Source of the DNA: Alphaproteobacteria bacterium
GTDB taxonomy: Bacteria; Pseudomonadota; Alphaproteobacteria; Micropepsales; Micropepsaceae
Length of the DNA: 42,996 nucleotides
NCBI GenBank assembly: GCA_016792645.1
Contig: JAEUMM010000052.1
Coordinates: forward strand, 1 to 42,996
Reading direction: 5' to 3'
Shown here piece by piece: positions 1 to 8,892 of the stretch. Under the pieces are notes generated by a model. The model saw only the letters and a list, made by a program, of their open reading frames with translations, searched no databases and was not told the origin of the DNA. How positions within the stretch are numbered: the first letter of the stretch is position 1; each line of letters starts with the position of its first letter. Position numbers and translations under genes: made by a program.

Positions 1-26
1 GGGCGAAAAGCAAACGCAAAACCTGA

Positions 27-953
27 TTACTGCGCCGCGCGTCGCAACATCACTTCCGGCGTGCGCGCCTTGATGAACGCGGCTGCGCGCGTGATCGAGA
101 CCTTGGATTCCGACAGTTCCGGCAAACCCTGGAACAGATGCGGCATCCCTTCATAGACCTCGACGTTGACGTTCACGTTGGCCGCCGCCGCACGCTCACC
201 GATCCGGCTGCCGTCGTCGCGCAGAACTTCCAGGCTGCCCGCATGGATCATCATCGGCGGCAGACCCTTGAAGTCGCCATAGATGGGCGAAGCAAACGGA
301 TCCGCCGGCGAAGCGCCCTTCAGATAATGCCGCGAACAGGTGGCCAACAGCTCCCAGCTCAACGCATCATCCGTCGGCCGGTTCTTCAGCATCGACCAAC
401 CCGACAACGTCATGTCCGCCCACGGCGAGAACGCGACCGTCGCGGCCGGCAAGGGTAGGCCCGCATTGCGCAGGGCGAGCAACGTCGCCAGCGCCAAACC
501 GCCGCCCGATCCGTCGCCTGCGAAAATAATATTGTTCGGCGTAATCCCCTGGGTCAGCAACCAACGGTAGGCATCAGCATCATCGCGCAACGCACCCGGT
601 AAGGGGACTTCCGGGGACAGTCGATACTGCGGCACCAGCGCGCGCGCGCTCGCCGCATGCGCCAACCGCGACACCAGCGGCCGATGCGTCTCCGGCGATC
701 CGGCGATGAAGCCGCCGCCGTGGAAATAGAGGATCACGCGCCGACCGGTTGCCGATTCAGGAACGACCCACTCGCCCCGAATAGCGCTGATCAGCACAGG
801 TTGAACATCGACGCCTTTGATTTGCGGCCCGAACCCAACCCAGAATTGCTGTATTTGATCGCGCAACTCTTCGATGGTGGCATTCGGGTCAAACGATGTT
901 TGACGCCGCACCAAGGTCGGTCGACGATTAAATGTACGCGGCCAATTCATCAT
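27..953 (-). CDS. alpha/beta-hydrolase fold-3 (HSL-type) esterase/lipase
   Basis: ORF 27..1037. Oxyanion-hole motif HGGGF (YFHGGGFIAGS), elbow region AGDGSGGGLA, C-terminal DDG...EGMPHLF (Asp/His). Start placed at Met29 (MMNWPR) because the first 28 codons are Gly/Ala/Val-rich; 1037 remains possible. Confidence 0.8.
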   Translation of the reverse strand: MMNWPRTFNRRPTLVRRQTSFDPNATIEELRDQIQQFWVGFGPQIKGVDVQPVLISAIRGEWVVPESATGRRVILYFHGGGFIAGSPETHRPLVSRLAHAASARALVPQYRLSPEVPLPGALRDDADAYRWLLTQGITPNNIIFAGDGSGGGLALATLLALRNAGLPLPAATVAFSPWADMTLSGWSMLKNRPTDDALSWELLATCSRHYLKGASPADPFASPIYGDFKGLPPMMIHAGSLEVLRDDGSRIGERAAAANVNVNVEVYEGMPHLFQGLPELSESKVSITRAAAFIKARTPEVMLRRAAQ

Positions 954-1072
954 ACTGGAGCTGCCCCGAACAGCGAACGCGACGACGGCTCCCCCCGTGC
1001 GAGATACCGCTGCCCCCATCGCAACGCCCCCACACAACGCACAATGTACATCACGCCGTCGCGGTTGAGAAT

Positions 1073-1101
1073 CATTTTTTCAACAGCGGGTGGAAAAAAT
1101 G
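1073..1101. repeat. perfect 9-bp inverted repeat CATTTTTTC-N11-GAAAAAATG
   Basis: Read directly: 1073-1081 CATTTTTTC, 1093-1101 GAAAAAATG. AT-rich island in the divergent intergenic region between the esterase and the acyl-CoA synthetase/GNAT gene. Confidence 0.6.
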
Positions 1102-1284
1102 CAAGCACGCTCGAACATGCACGCGCACGGCTCTTGTGGAGAAACTGAACCTGTGAACGGGCCTGTGGACGACCTGACGATAAGCATTTTACAGGTTGTT
1201 CCGCCGCGTCCGCACACCTCGCTCGATCGACGGCGCTTTCGTGCTAGAGCCCGCACCCGTTAACCGGGCTCGTGGAGCAACGAC

Positions 1285-3969
1285 ATGTCCGTCCGCAATC
1301 TGAACTCGTTCTTCGCCCCCAAGAGCGTCGCGCTGATCGGCGCCAGCCGTACGCCCTCGGCCGTCGGCGGCGTCGTCGCCCACAACCTCGTCGACGGCGG
1401 CTTCCCGGGCGAGATCATGTTCGTGAACCCGCACGCCGGCGAACTGTTGGGCCGCCAGGTCTTCGAGACGGTGGCCTCCCTCCCGCACGCGCCCGAACTC
1501 GCGATTATCGCGACCCCGCCAGCCCCCATCCCCGACCTCATCGCCGAACTCGGCGCCCGCGGCACCAAGGCGGTCGTAGTCCTGACCGCAGGCTTCGCTG
1601 AAATGGGCGAGGCCGGCCGCGCCGCCCAGCAACGCATGCTGGAACTGGCCCAGCCCAACGTCCTGCGTATCGTCGGCCCGAACTGCATCGGCGTCCTGTC
1701 GCCCGCGAACAAGCTGAACGCCAGTTTCGCCCACCGCATGCCGGTCGCCGGCAAGACCGCCTTCGTGACCCAATCGGGCGCGATGATGACGGCGGTCATC
1801 GACTGGGCGGTCGCTCGCGAAATCGGCTTCTCCCATCTCGTCTCGATGGGCGGCATGTGCGACGTCGACTTCGGCGACATGCTCGACTTCCTCGCCGCCG
1901 ACAACGCCACCACCGCCGTGCTGCTCTACGTCGAAAGCATCACCTACGCGCGCAAGTTCATGTCCGCCGCCCGCCGCTGCGCCCGCCTCAAACCGGTGAT
2001 CGTCGTCAAGGCCGGCCGCCACGAGGAAGGCGCGCGCGCCGCGCGCTCCCACACCGGCGCACTCGCCGGCTCCGACGCCGTCTACGACGCAGCCTTCCGC
2101 CGAGCGGGCCTCCTCCGTGTGCTGACGATCGACAGCCTCTTCGACGCACTAGAAGCGGTGGCCAGCGGCCCGCGCATGCTGGGCGATCGCGTCGCTATCG
2201 TCACGAACGGCGGCGGCGCAGGCGTGCTGGCCACCGACCACCTGATCGACGAAGGCGGTAAACTCGCGGCGCTATCGGCATCAACGATGGAAACGCTGAA
2301 CGCGGCGCTCCCCGCGAGTTGGAGCCACGCCAATCCCGTCGACATTATCGGGGACGCCGGCCCTGAGCGTTACCGTGCCGCCCTCGAAGCGCTCCTCGCC
2401 GACGACAATGCTGACGCCGTGCTGGTGCTGAACTGCCCCGTCGCCGTCGCGAACCCGACGGCCGCAGCAGACGCCGCAATCGCGGTCGTCGCTGCCGCCC
2501 GCGAAGCCGGCAACACCAAACCCGTGTTCGCCTCGTGGCTCGGCGATGCCGCGGCAGCCGAGGGACGCAAACATCTCGACGCGGCAGGCCTGCCCGTCTA
2601 CGCGACGCCCGAACGCGCCGTCACCGCCATGATGCAACTCGTTCGCCGCAGGCAGGCGCAAGAGCTGCTGATGCAGATCCCGCGCGCGGTGCAGGTCTCG
2701 GGCGAACGCGACGTAAAGCCGGCGCGCGAAGCGGTCGACGCAGCCCTCGCCACCGGCCGCCAATGGCTGACGGCGGTCGAAGCCAATACGGTGCTGCAAG
2801 CTTACGGCATCCCAACCGTCGAAATCCGCGTCGCCAAAACACCGGAAGAGGCGCATCGCACGGCGGTCGCCTTGGGCTTCCCCGTCGCGCTCAAAATCCT
2901 CTCCTCGGAAGTCATTCACAAGTCCGACGTCGGCGCGGTGATGCTGAACCTGAAGGACGGCCCGTCGGTCGCCCGCGCCGCTGCGACGATGCAGTTGCGC
3001 GTCGGCAAAATCCAACCGGACGCGCAGATCGACGGCTTCATGGTCCAGCCGATGGCGACCCGCCCCGGCGCGCACGAACTCATCGTTGGTATCTCCGAAG
3101 ACAAACTCTTTGGCCCGGTCATCCTCTTCGGCCAAGGCGGCACGTCCGTCGAAGTCGTCAACGACCGCGCGCTCGGCTTGCCGCCGCTGAACGCGCTGCT
3201 TGCGCGCGACCTCATCGACCGCACCCGTGTCGCTCGCCTTCTGAAGGGCTATCGCAATCGCCCGCCGTCCAATATGGATGCGATCGTGAAGGTGATCCTC
3301 GCGCTCCAGGACATCGCGATCGATCTGCCGGAGGTGAAGGAACTCGACATCAACCCGCTATGGGCCGACGATCAAGGCGTGCTGGCCCTCGACGCCCGCA
3401 TCCGCGTCGCCAAGGAAGATCGCCCCGGCACCGAACGCTTCGCCATAAAACCTTATCCGGCCGAACTCTCGCACGACATCGTCGACCGCAACGGCAAGCA
3501 CTACCTCTTGCGGCCGATCAGGCCCGAAGACGCCCCCGGCATCCAAGCCGCCATCGCCTCCAGCGACCCCGAAGACGTGCGCATGCGCTTCTTCTCAGGC
3601 CTGCGCCAACTCCCCGACGCGCTGGCAAAGCGCCTGACGCAAATCGACTACGATCGCGAGATGGCCTTCACGGTCGTCGAAACCGTCGACAATCGCGAGA
3701 CAGGCGTCGGCGTCGTGCGCCTGGCCCTCGACCCCGACCGCGCGCGCGGCGAATACGCGGTGATGGTGCGAAGCGATCGCATCGGCACGGGGCTGGGTCT
3801 GCGGATGATGGAAGAAATCATCGCCTACGCGCGCAGCATCGGCCTCAAGCAAGTCTTCGGCGATGTCCTTGCCGAAAACACGCGCATGCTCGACATGTGC
3901 GCCAAACTCGGCTTCAACCGCACCGGCTCGCCCGAGCCCGGCGTCGTCGAAGTGACGCTCAATCTCTGA
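1285..3969 (+). CDS. ADP-forming acyl-CoA synthetase-like / GNAT fusion (Pat-type protein acetyltransferase architecture)
   Basis: 894-aa ORF. N-terminal CoA-binding/succinyl-CoA-synthetase-like region (FAPKSVALIGASR, FVTQSGA), ATP-grasp-like middle, C-terminal GNAT (YLLRPIRPEDAPG..., RIGTGLGLRMMEEIIAYARSIGL). Length and domain order match Pat/PatZ-type lysine acetyltransferases. Confidence 0.85.
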   Translation: MSVRNLNSFFAPKSVALIGASRTPSAVGGVVAHNLVDGGFPGEIMFVNPHAGELLGRQVFETVASLPHAPELAIIATPPAPIPDLIAELGARGTKAVVVLTAGFAEMGEAGRAAQQRMLELAQPNVLRIVGPNCIGVLSPANKLNASFAHRMPVAGKTAFVTQSGAMMTAVIDWAVAREIGFSHLVSMGGMCDVDFGDMLDFLAADNATTAVLLYVESITYARKFMSAARRCARLKPVIVVKAGRHEEGARAARSHTGALAGSDAVYDAAFRRAGLLRVLTIDSLFDALEAVASGPRMLGDRVAIVTNGGGAGVLATDHLIDEGGKLAALSASTMETLNAALPASWSHANPVDIIGDAGPERYRAALEALLADDNADAVLVLNCPVAVANPTAAADAAIAVVAAAREAGNTKPVFASWLGDAAAAEGRKHLDAAGLPVYATPERAVTAMMQLVRRRQAQELLMQIPRAVQVSGERDVKPAREAVDAALATGRQWLTAVEANTVLQAYGIPTVEIRVAKTPEEAHRTAVALGFPVALKILSSEVIHKSDVGAVMLNLKDGPSVARAAATMQLRVGKIQPDAQIDGFMVQPMATRPGAHELIVGISEDKLFGPVILFGQGGTSVEVVNDRALGLPPLNALLARDLIDRTRVARLLKGYRNRPPSNMDAIVKVILALQDIAIDLPEVKELDINPLWADDQGVLALDARIRVAKEDRPGTERFAIKPYPAELSHDIVDRNGKHYLLRPIRPEDAPGIQAAIASSDPEDVRMRFFSGLRQLPDALAKRLTQIDYDREMAFTVVETVDNRETGVGVVRLALDPDRARGEYAVMVRSDRIGTGLGLRMMEEIIAYARSIGLKQVFGDVLAENTRMLDMCAKLGFNRTGSPEPGVVEVTLNL

Positions 3970-4049
3970 CCCTTGCCAAGCTGCTGACACAATGCTGTCA
4001 GCAGCAACGGCGCATCGTCTGGCCGTCAACCCGCAAGGAGGCAAGACCG

Positions 4050-4406
4050 ATGGATACGAAAGCAGTCGCGAAGATTTTCACCGACCTATGCGCAAAGGGC
4101 GAATTCGACGCCGCCGGCCAAAAATTCTGGTCCGACGATGTCGTGAGCCTCGAGCCCGGCACCGGCGACATGGCCCGCGCCGAAGGCCGCAAGGCCGTGC
4201 TCGGCAAAGGCGAATGGTGGTACGCCAACCACACCGTTCACGACAGCAAGGTCGAAGGCCCCTACGTGCACGGCAACCAATTCGCCGTGCGCTTCAAATT
4301 CGACATCACGCCGAAGGGCGGCCAACGCACGCAGATGGACGAAGTCGCGCTCTTCACGGTCGCGAACGGCAAGATCGTCGAAGAACGCTTCTTCTACAGC
4401 GAATAG
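4050..4406 (+). CDS. SnoaL/NTF2-like small protein
   Basis: Only the last 118 codons of ORF 2535..4406 look real. ATG at 4050 is preceded by AAGGAGG (4035-4041). Sequence MDTKAVAKIFTDLCAKGEFDAAGQKFWSDDVVSLEP...GKIVEERFFY is typical of SnoaL-like polyketide-cyclase-fold proteins. Confidence 0.75.
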   Translation: MDTKAVAKIFTDLCAKGEFDAAGQKFWSDDVVSLEPGTGDMARAEGRKAVLGKGEWWYANHTVHDSKVEGPYVHGNQFAVRFKFDITPKGGQRTQMDEVALFTVANGKIVEERFFYSE

Positions 4407-4414
4407 AAACGCGA

Positions 4415-4452
4415 ACGGCGCCGAGATCGCTCTCGGCGCCGTCGCCATTTTC
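4415..4452. terminator. GC-rich hairpin between convergent genes (probable bidirectional terminator)
   Basis: ACGGCGCCGAGA-TCGC-TCTCGGCGCCGT (4415-4442) followed by CGCCATTTTCATT. Sits between the stop of the SnoaL-like gene (4406) and the stop of ibpA (4461). Confidence 0.6.
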
Positions 4453-4460
4453 ATTCAGGC

Positions 4461-4934
4461 CTAAGCCGCGTCGGCGACTTTGGACTCGACGATCTTCGGC
4501 TGCTCCGGCCCTTTGCCGATCGAAATCTTCCGCGCCTTCTTCTCTTCCGGAATCACGCGCGCGATGTCGACATGCAGCAAGCCGTGCTCAAGCCGCGCTC
4601 CGCGGACTTCCATATGGTCCGCCAACTGGAAGCGGCGTTCGAAGCTGCGGCCGGCGATGCCCTGGTGGAGGAAACGCGTCTTTGGCTCCTCGCCGCCGTC
4701 ACGCTTGCCGGTGATCGCAAGCACGCCTTCCTTCACCTCGATCGAAAGCTCTCTGTCCGAGAAGCCGGCGACCGCCATCGAAATGCGGTAGTCGTTTTCG
4801 GCCAACTGTTCGATGTTGTAGGGCGGATAGCTCGTCGTCGACGGGTCGAACTGGGTCACGGTCTCAAGCAAATTGGCGAGACGGTCGAAGCCGACGGTCG
4901 AACGATAGAGCGGGCTAAAATCAAAACTGCGCAT
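4461..4934 (-). CDS. ibpA: small heat-shock protein, Hsp20/alpha-crystallin family (IbpA-like, class A)
   Basis: 157 aa. MRSFDFSPLYRSTVGFDRL...YPPYNIEQLAENDYRISMAVAGF...GIAGRSFERRFQLADHMEVRGARLEHGLLHVDI aligns by eye almost end to end with E. coli IbpA. Confidence 0.92.
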   Translation of the reverse strand: MRSFDFSPLYRSTVGFDRLANLLETVTQFDPSTTSYPPYNIEQLAENDYRISMAVAGFSDRELSIEVKEGVLAITGKRDGGEEPKTRFLHQGIAGRSFERRFQLADHMEVRGARLEHGLLHVDIARVIPEEKKARKISIGKGPEQPKIVESKVADAA

Positions 4935-5037
4935 GGCTGTTCATCCTCTCAAGCGATGATCTAGAATCCGCCGAAACGGCCGGATTCGGGTTCCAAAAAT
5001 GCCCGTAACGGAACCCCAAAAGGGCGTCCCTAGGCGA
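4935..5037 (-). promoter_or_regulatory. ROSE-like 5' leader (candidate RNA thermometer)
   Basis: About 100-nt leader between the sigma32-type -10 element and the ATG. Hairpins GGGUUCC...GGAACCC and AAUCCG(G)CC-GUUU-CGGCGGAUU (bulged G). The last segment GAUCAUCGCUUGAGAGGAUGAACAGCCAUG lets UCAUC pair with GAUGA overlapping the SD. Confidence 0.55.
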
Positions 5038-5043
5038 CTTTTG

Positions 5044-5072
5044 AGATGGGGATAGGGCGCAACGCCGTCAAG
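5044..5072 (-). promoter_or_regulatory. sigma32 (RpoH)-type promoter
   Basis: The minus strand reads CTTGAC-N15-CCCCATCT (-35 at 5072-5067, -10 at 5051-5044), close to CTTGAA-N13-17-CCCCATnT. Confidence 0.7.
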
Positions 5073-5177
5073 ACCGCTTGGGCCTCAAACGTGCTACATG
5101 TTAACCCATCGATTCTGACGGCCTGCCGTCGAAATCGGCCGCCCGCGCCCCGTTCGTTCACGCTCCGAGAGTGACCC

Positions 5178-6839
5178 ATGTCCCAGCCCCCGTCTCCGCG
5201 CCTCCCAGGCCTCGGCACGCCGATGCAGCAACGCGGCGGCACGGCCGGCTGGAACTACCCGGTCAACCCGTTTGAGTTGCAGAAGCAGTTGGAACAGGGC
5301 ATCGAGCATCACAAGGCCGGCCGCGGCGAAGAAGCGGAGAGAGTATATCGCGCGGTTCTAGCCAAAGTGCCGAACCAGCCCGACGCTCTGAACCTCTTGG
5401 GTGTCCTCGCCATGGAAGCGGGCAGCCATGAGGCGGCATTCGATTTTCTCGAACGCGCCGTGGCCGCGCGCCCGAAGGATCCTGCGATCCTCAACAACTA
5501 CGGCAACGCGCTGTCGCTTGTGCGCCGCTATGAAGATGCGATCAAGCACCTCGAACGCGCGCTCGCGATCAAGCCCGACATGGCCGACGCGTGGCTCAAC
5601 CTCGGCCGCACGCTGAACTTGTCGGGGCAGGGCGAGCGTGCGTTGAAGTGCTTCGAACGCCTCGTAAAGCTGCGCCCCGACAGTCAAGCCGCGAAGTCCG
5701 GCATCAGCCGCGCTTACCTCAGCTTGGGCCGCACCAAGGACGCCGAAGACACCGCGCGCGACCTCATCGCAACGGCGCCGGGCACGTCCTCAGGGTACGT
5801 AAATCTCAGCAACGCCGTAAAGTTCAAGCCGGGCGCGCCGGAAATTGAGCAGGTCGAGGCGCTGATCGCCAGCAAGGAAACCAGTTCCAAGGAACTGCGC
5901 GGTCTTCAGTTTGCGGCGGCCAAAATGTACGACGACGTCGGCCGCTACGACGACGCTTTCCGCTATTTCGATCTCGCAAACAAATCGGCTGCCGGCAAGT
6001 ACGATCCCAAAGCCATTGAGACATCCTATGCCGAACTCAAGAAGACCTACACGCGGAAGTTCTTTGAAGAGCGTGCGAACACTGGCCTCGACAGCGAGCG
6101 TCCGGTCTTCATCGTCGGGATGCCACGCTCGGGGACCACGCTGACCGAAACGATCATCGGTGCGCATCCTCTGGCGCATGCTGCCGGCGAACTTGAAACG
6201 ATCAAACGCTGTGAACGCGAAATGGCGGACCTCGTCTTCCGCGACGAAGGTGTGCAGAAGAACGCGCGCACACTGTCGTGGGTCGGCGTCGAAGTGTTGG
6301 CGCAACGCTACCTCGATGCCATCGACGCCAAAACGCGCAATGCCGGCGCCAAGCGCATCACCGACAAGATGCCCCACAACTTTCAGGGCGTTGGCTTCAT
6401 CGCGATGCTGTTCCCCAACGCGCGCATTATCCACACCAAGCGCAGCCCCTTCGACACGTGCTTGTCGATCTGGCAGCAGAACTTCAACGATGCGCACTCC
6501 TACGCGCGCAACCTTGCCGACCTTGGCCACCATTACGCTCACTATCTGCACCTGATGCAGCATTGGCGCGAGGTGCTGCCCGGCCGCCTGCTTGAGATCG
6601 AATATGAAGACCTGGTCGAAAACCAGGAAGCGGTCTCGCGCAAGCTGATCGACTTCGTCGGTCTGCCCTGGGACGACGCGTGCCTGCGTCCGCAGGACGT
6701 CAAACGCACGGTTCTGACCGCCAGCGTCTGGCAGGTACGCCAACCCGTCTACAAGCGCTCGGCCGGCCGCTGGAAGAACTACGAGCAGCATCTAGGGCCA
6801 CTTCGCGATGCGCTCAAAGCGGCCGGAGCAGACGTCTAG
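5178..6839 (+). CDS. TPR-repeat / sulfotransferase-domain protein
   Basis: 553 aa. N-terminal half has TPR-like repeats (AERVYRAVLAKVPNQPDALNLLGVLA..., AIKHLERALAIKPDMADAWLNLG...). C-terminal half has the PAPS-binding 5'-PSB motif (VGMPRSGTTLTE) and sulfotransferase-like RSPFDTCLS. Alternative start at 5223. Confidence 0.8.
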   Translation: MSQPPSPRLPGLGTPMQQRGGTAGWNYPVNPFELQKQLEQGIEHHKAGRGEEAERVYRAVLAKVPNQPDALNLLGVLAMEAGSHEAAFDFLERAVAARPKDPAILNNYGNALSLVRRYEDAIKHLERALAIKPDMADAWLNLGRTLNLSGQGERALKCFERLVKLRPDSQAAKSGISRAYLSLGRTKDAEDTARDLIATAPGTSSGYVNLSNAVKFKPGAPEIEQVEALIASKETSSKELRGLQFAAAKMYDDVGRYDDAFRYFDLANKSAAGKYDPKAIETSYAELKKTYTRKFFEERANTGLDSERPVFIVGMPRSGTTLTETIIGAHPLAHAAGELETIKRCEREMADLVFRDEGVQKNARTLSWVGVEVLAQRYLDAIDAKTRNAGAKRITDKMPHNFQGVGFIAMLFPNARIIHTKRSPFDTCLSIWQQNFNDAHSYARNLADLGHHYAHYLHLMQHWREVLPGRLLEIEYEDLVENQEAVSRKLIDFVGLPWDDACLRPQDVKRTVLTASVWQVRQPVYKRSAGRWKNYEQHLGPLRDALKAAGADV

Positions 6840-6905
6840 ACCTGCCCAAAACGCCTCAAACATGTGACTCCAAAGCCACGGAGCCGCGGCGAACGGCCGG
6901 ATTAC

Positions 6906-6995
6906 ACACAATCCATTGTGTCACTGGAGTCCCGGTTCCCTATATTCCACCTTGGTTAACCAAAAGATTCGCGTGGTAAACGCGTTGTTAACCAA
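6906..6995. promoter_or_regulatory. cluster of palindromes / TTAACCAA motifs upstream of OMP gene
   Basis: ACACAAT-CC-ATTGTGT (6906-6921). Perfect 12-bp palindrome TTGGTTAACCAA (6952-6963). TTAACCAA at 6956-6963 and again at 6988-6995, 32 bp apart; it is 7/8 to the CtrA 8-mer TTAACCAT. Confidence 0.4.
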
Positions 6996-7063
6996 CGGGG
7001 TGTCCTTCTGGGGCGGACGTGCGGGGCCTAAGCCCGCGCTACGGCGAGTTCAGGAGGAGAAAG

Positions 7064-7939
7064 ATGTTGTTGAAGAAGTTGGGACTGGCGACCACTGCGC
7101 TCGTGGCGTTGGGATACGTGGCAGTTGTTCCGTCCGCTGGCGCAGCCGCGCCGATCTATGGGCAGGTCAATCTTGCGGTGGGCGGCACTTGGCAAGACCA
7201 GGAAGATGGGCTCGGCAACAGCCTGGACGATGAGTTTGCAGGCATGGCGGGCGGCGCTCGCGTGGCTGTGCCCTACTCGTCGGACGTGAGGATTGAAGTC
7301 GGCGTTGCGGGCGACTCCACGTTTGCGAACGAGGACGACAGCGATAACTACGCCGGGGGCTTCGGCGCCAACCTGCACATCAATTGGCACGACGCGTCCG
7401 AGGGTACGCTGGGCATTTTTGGTGCCGTCGGGCGCAGCACGTCTGTCGACGACGAGTCGACACCGTTCTTTGCCGCCGGCTTTTCCGGCCAGTACTTTTG
7501 CGATCAGTGGACGTTCTTCGGCCAGCTTGGTTACATCGACTCAAGCGACGATCCGGACTTCCTTCACAACGCAGGATTCGCGCGCGCGGGCGCCGCATAC
7601 TATGCGACCACTCGTCTGAAGTTGTCAGCGGACCTGGCTTATGCTGATGGCGAGCAGGACAGCAACGACGGCGACGCAGATCTCTTCGCCTGGGGTGCGG
7701 CTGCTGAGTACTGGTTCGGCGTAAGCGTTCCGGCATCCGTCTTCGTCGAATACCGCGGGTTGAACTCCGAAACGAACGCCGACGTGGCGAGTGGAGAGGG
7801 GCTTACCAGCCACACCGTGAGCCTCGGCGTGAGGTTCCATTTCAACGGTGCTGACCAGGCGGACTCGGATCGTCAGTTCAACGCCGAACTTCCCAACTTC
7901 AGCCGCTGGATTCACGAAGGCGGCAAGTCCATCGACTGA
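7064..7939 (+). CDS. outer-membrane beta-barrel protein
   Basis: ATG at 7064 preceded by CAGGAGGAGA. Signal peptide MLLKKLGLATTALVALGYVAVVPSAGAAA. Alternating Gly/aromatic beta-strand pattern and terminal ...LGVRFHF... The 15-codon extension to 7019 was rejected. Confidence 0.8.
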   Translation: MLLKKLGLATTALVALGYVAVVPSAGAAAPIYGQVNLAVGGTWQDQEDGLGNSLDDEFAGMAGGARVAVPYSSDVRIEVGVAGDSTFANEDDSDNYAGGFGANLHINWHDASEGTLGIFGAVGRSTSVDDESTPFFAAGFSGQYFCDQWTFFGQLGYIDSSDDPDFLHNAGFARAGAAYYATTRLKLSADLAYADGEQDSNDGDADLFAWGAAAEYWFGVSVPASVFVEYRGLNSETNADVASGEGLTSHTVSLGVRFHFNGADQADSDRQFNAELPNFSRWIHEGGKSID

Positions 7940-8103
7940 TCAAACGATCCGTCCGAGAGTGGTTGGTCGCGAGCGATTTGCTGGTCGCTCGCGGCAAGAT
8001 TTCGAGAAGAGGCACAGAGGCGAGAAACGCCCGTGCCGGGGTGTCCGGCCTGACGAAGACCCAAGTCTGCAGCTTGGAAACAACGAATTGTCAGGAGGCA
8101 TGC

Positions 8104-8832
8104 ATGCAATTGAAACGAGTTTTGCTGGCGTCGTCGGCGCTAGCGCTGCTCGCGGGGGCCAACCCGGCTCAGGCGGACGGCTTATACATTAGCGTTTTCG
8201 GCGGCGCGAACTGGGTCGCGGACTCATCCGCGTCGATCTTCGTGACTGATGGCGTCTATTCGTCTGGAAATCTGAGTTGGGCCACCGACGCCGATACCGG
8301 ATTTGTGGTCGGCGGCGCCGTAGGCACGCATCTCGACAAGTGGGTTAAGGGCCTGCGCGTCGAAATCGAGGCATCCTATCGGCGGAACGATGTTGGTGGC
8401 GTTTGGGCGACGGCGGGGACAAGCTTCTTCGGCTCGGGCTCGTCCAGCGGCACGATCGACGCAAACCTGTCGACGTTCGCGGTCATGGCCAACGTCTGGT
8501 ACGAACACGACATGGGATGGAAGGTCCGTCCCTATGTCGGCGGCGGCATCGGTTGGGCACGCACGAATCTAAATGGTGCGCTGTTGACGACGACCACGGC
8601 CTTCACGACGTTTGATCGCGACCATGACGGCTTCGCGTGGCAGCTGGGCGCGGGCTTCAACTACGAGGCAGCTCCAGGCGTCAATGTCGGCCTCGGCTAC
8701 CGCTATTTCAGCGGACCGGACGTCACCGAGCCGTTCTTGCTCGACCCATTCTTTGCCGGCAAGCAAGCCTTCGGCACGGTCGACAACGACAACCACTCAG
8801 TGATGTTGAACCTCACCATCGACGTGAACTAG
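8104..8832 (+). CDS. Omp25/Omp31/RopB-type porin-family outer-membrane protein
   Basis: ATG at 8104 after CAGGAGG. Signal peptide MQLKRVLLASSALALLAGANPAQA. YISVFGGANW, RPYVGGGIGWAR, FAWQLGAGFNYE, GLGYRYF are typical of alphaproteobacterial 8-10-strand OMPs. Confidence 0.85.
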   Translation: MQLKRVLLASSALALLAGANPAQADGLYISVFGGANWVADSSASIFVTDGVYSSGNLSWATDADTGFVVGGAVGTHLDKWVKGLRVEIEASYRRNDVGGVWATAGTSFFGSGSSSGTIDANLSTFAVMANVWYEHDMGWKVRPYVGGGIGWARTNLNGALLTTTTAFTTFDRDHDGFAWQLGAGFNYEAAPGVNVGLGYRYFSGPDVTEPFLLDPFFAGKQAFGTVDNDNHSVMLNLTIDVN

Positions 8833-8860
8833 CTCCCGTCAATATCTAGAGTGACGCTAC

Positions 8861-8892
8861 GGCGGGCCTCCCGGGCCCGCCGTTTCTTTTTT
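8861..8892 (+). terminator. Rho-independent terminator
   Basis: GGCGGGCC-TCCCG-GGCCCGCC stem-loop (8861-8881) followed by GTTTCTTTTTT. Confidence 0.85.

Noticed and set aside
1189-2052. 287-aa and 217-aa minus-strand ORFs antisense to the Pat-like gene
   Set aside because: Low-complexity Gly/Ala/Arg/Asp composition typical of shadow frames in GC-rich DNA. The sense frame carries clear CoA-binding and GNAT motifs.
2535-4049. First ~505 codons of the 623-aa ORF 2535..4406 (+)
   Set aside because: Extremely Arg/Pro/Ala/Gly-rich translation lying out of frame inside the well-supported Pat-like gene. Only the last 118 codons (from ATG 4050 with an AAGGAGG SD) look like a real protein.
5790-6791. 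333-aa minus-strand ORF antisense to the TPR-sulfotransferase gene
   Set aside because: Shadow ORF. The opposite frame has TPR repeats and the PAPS-binding motif.
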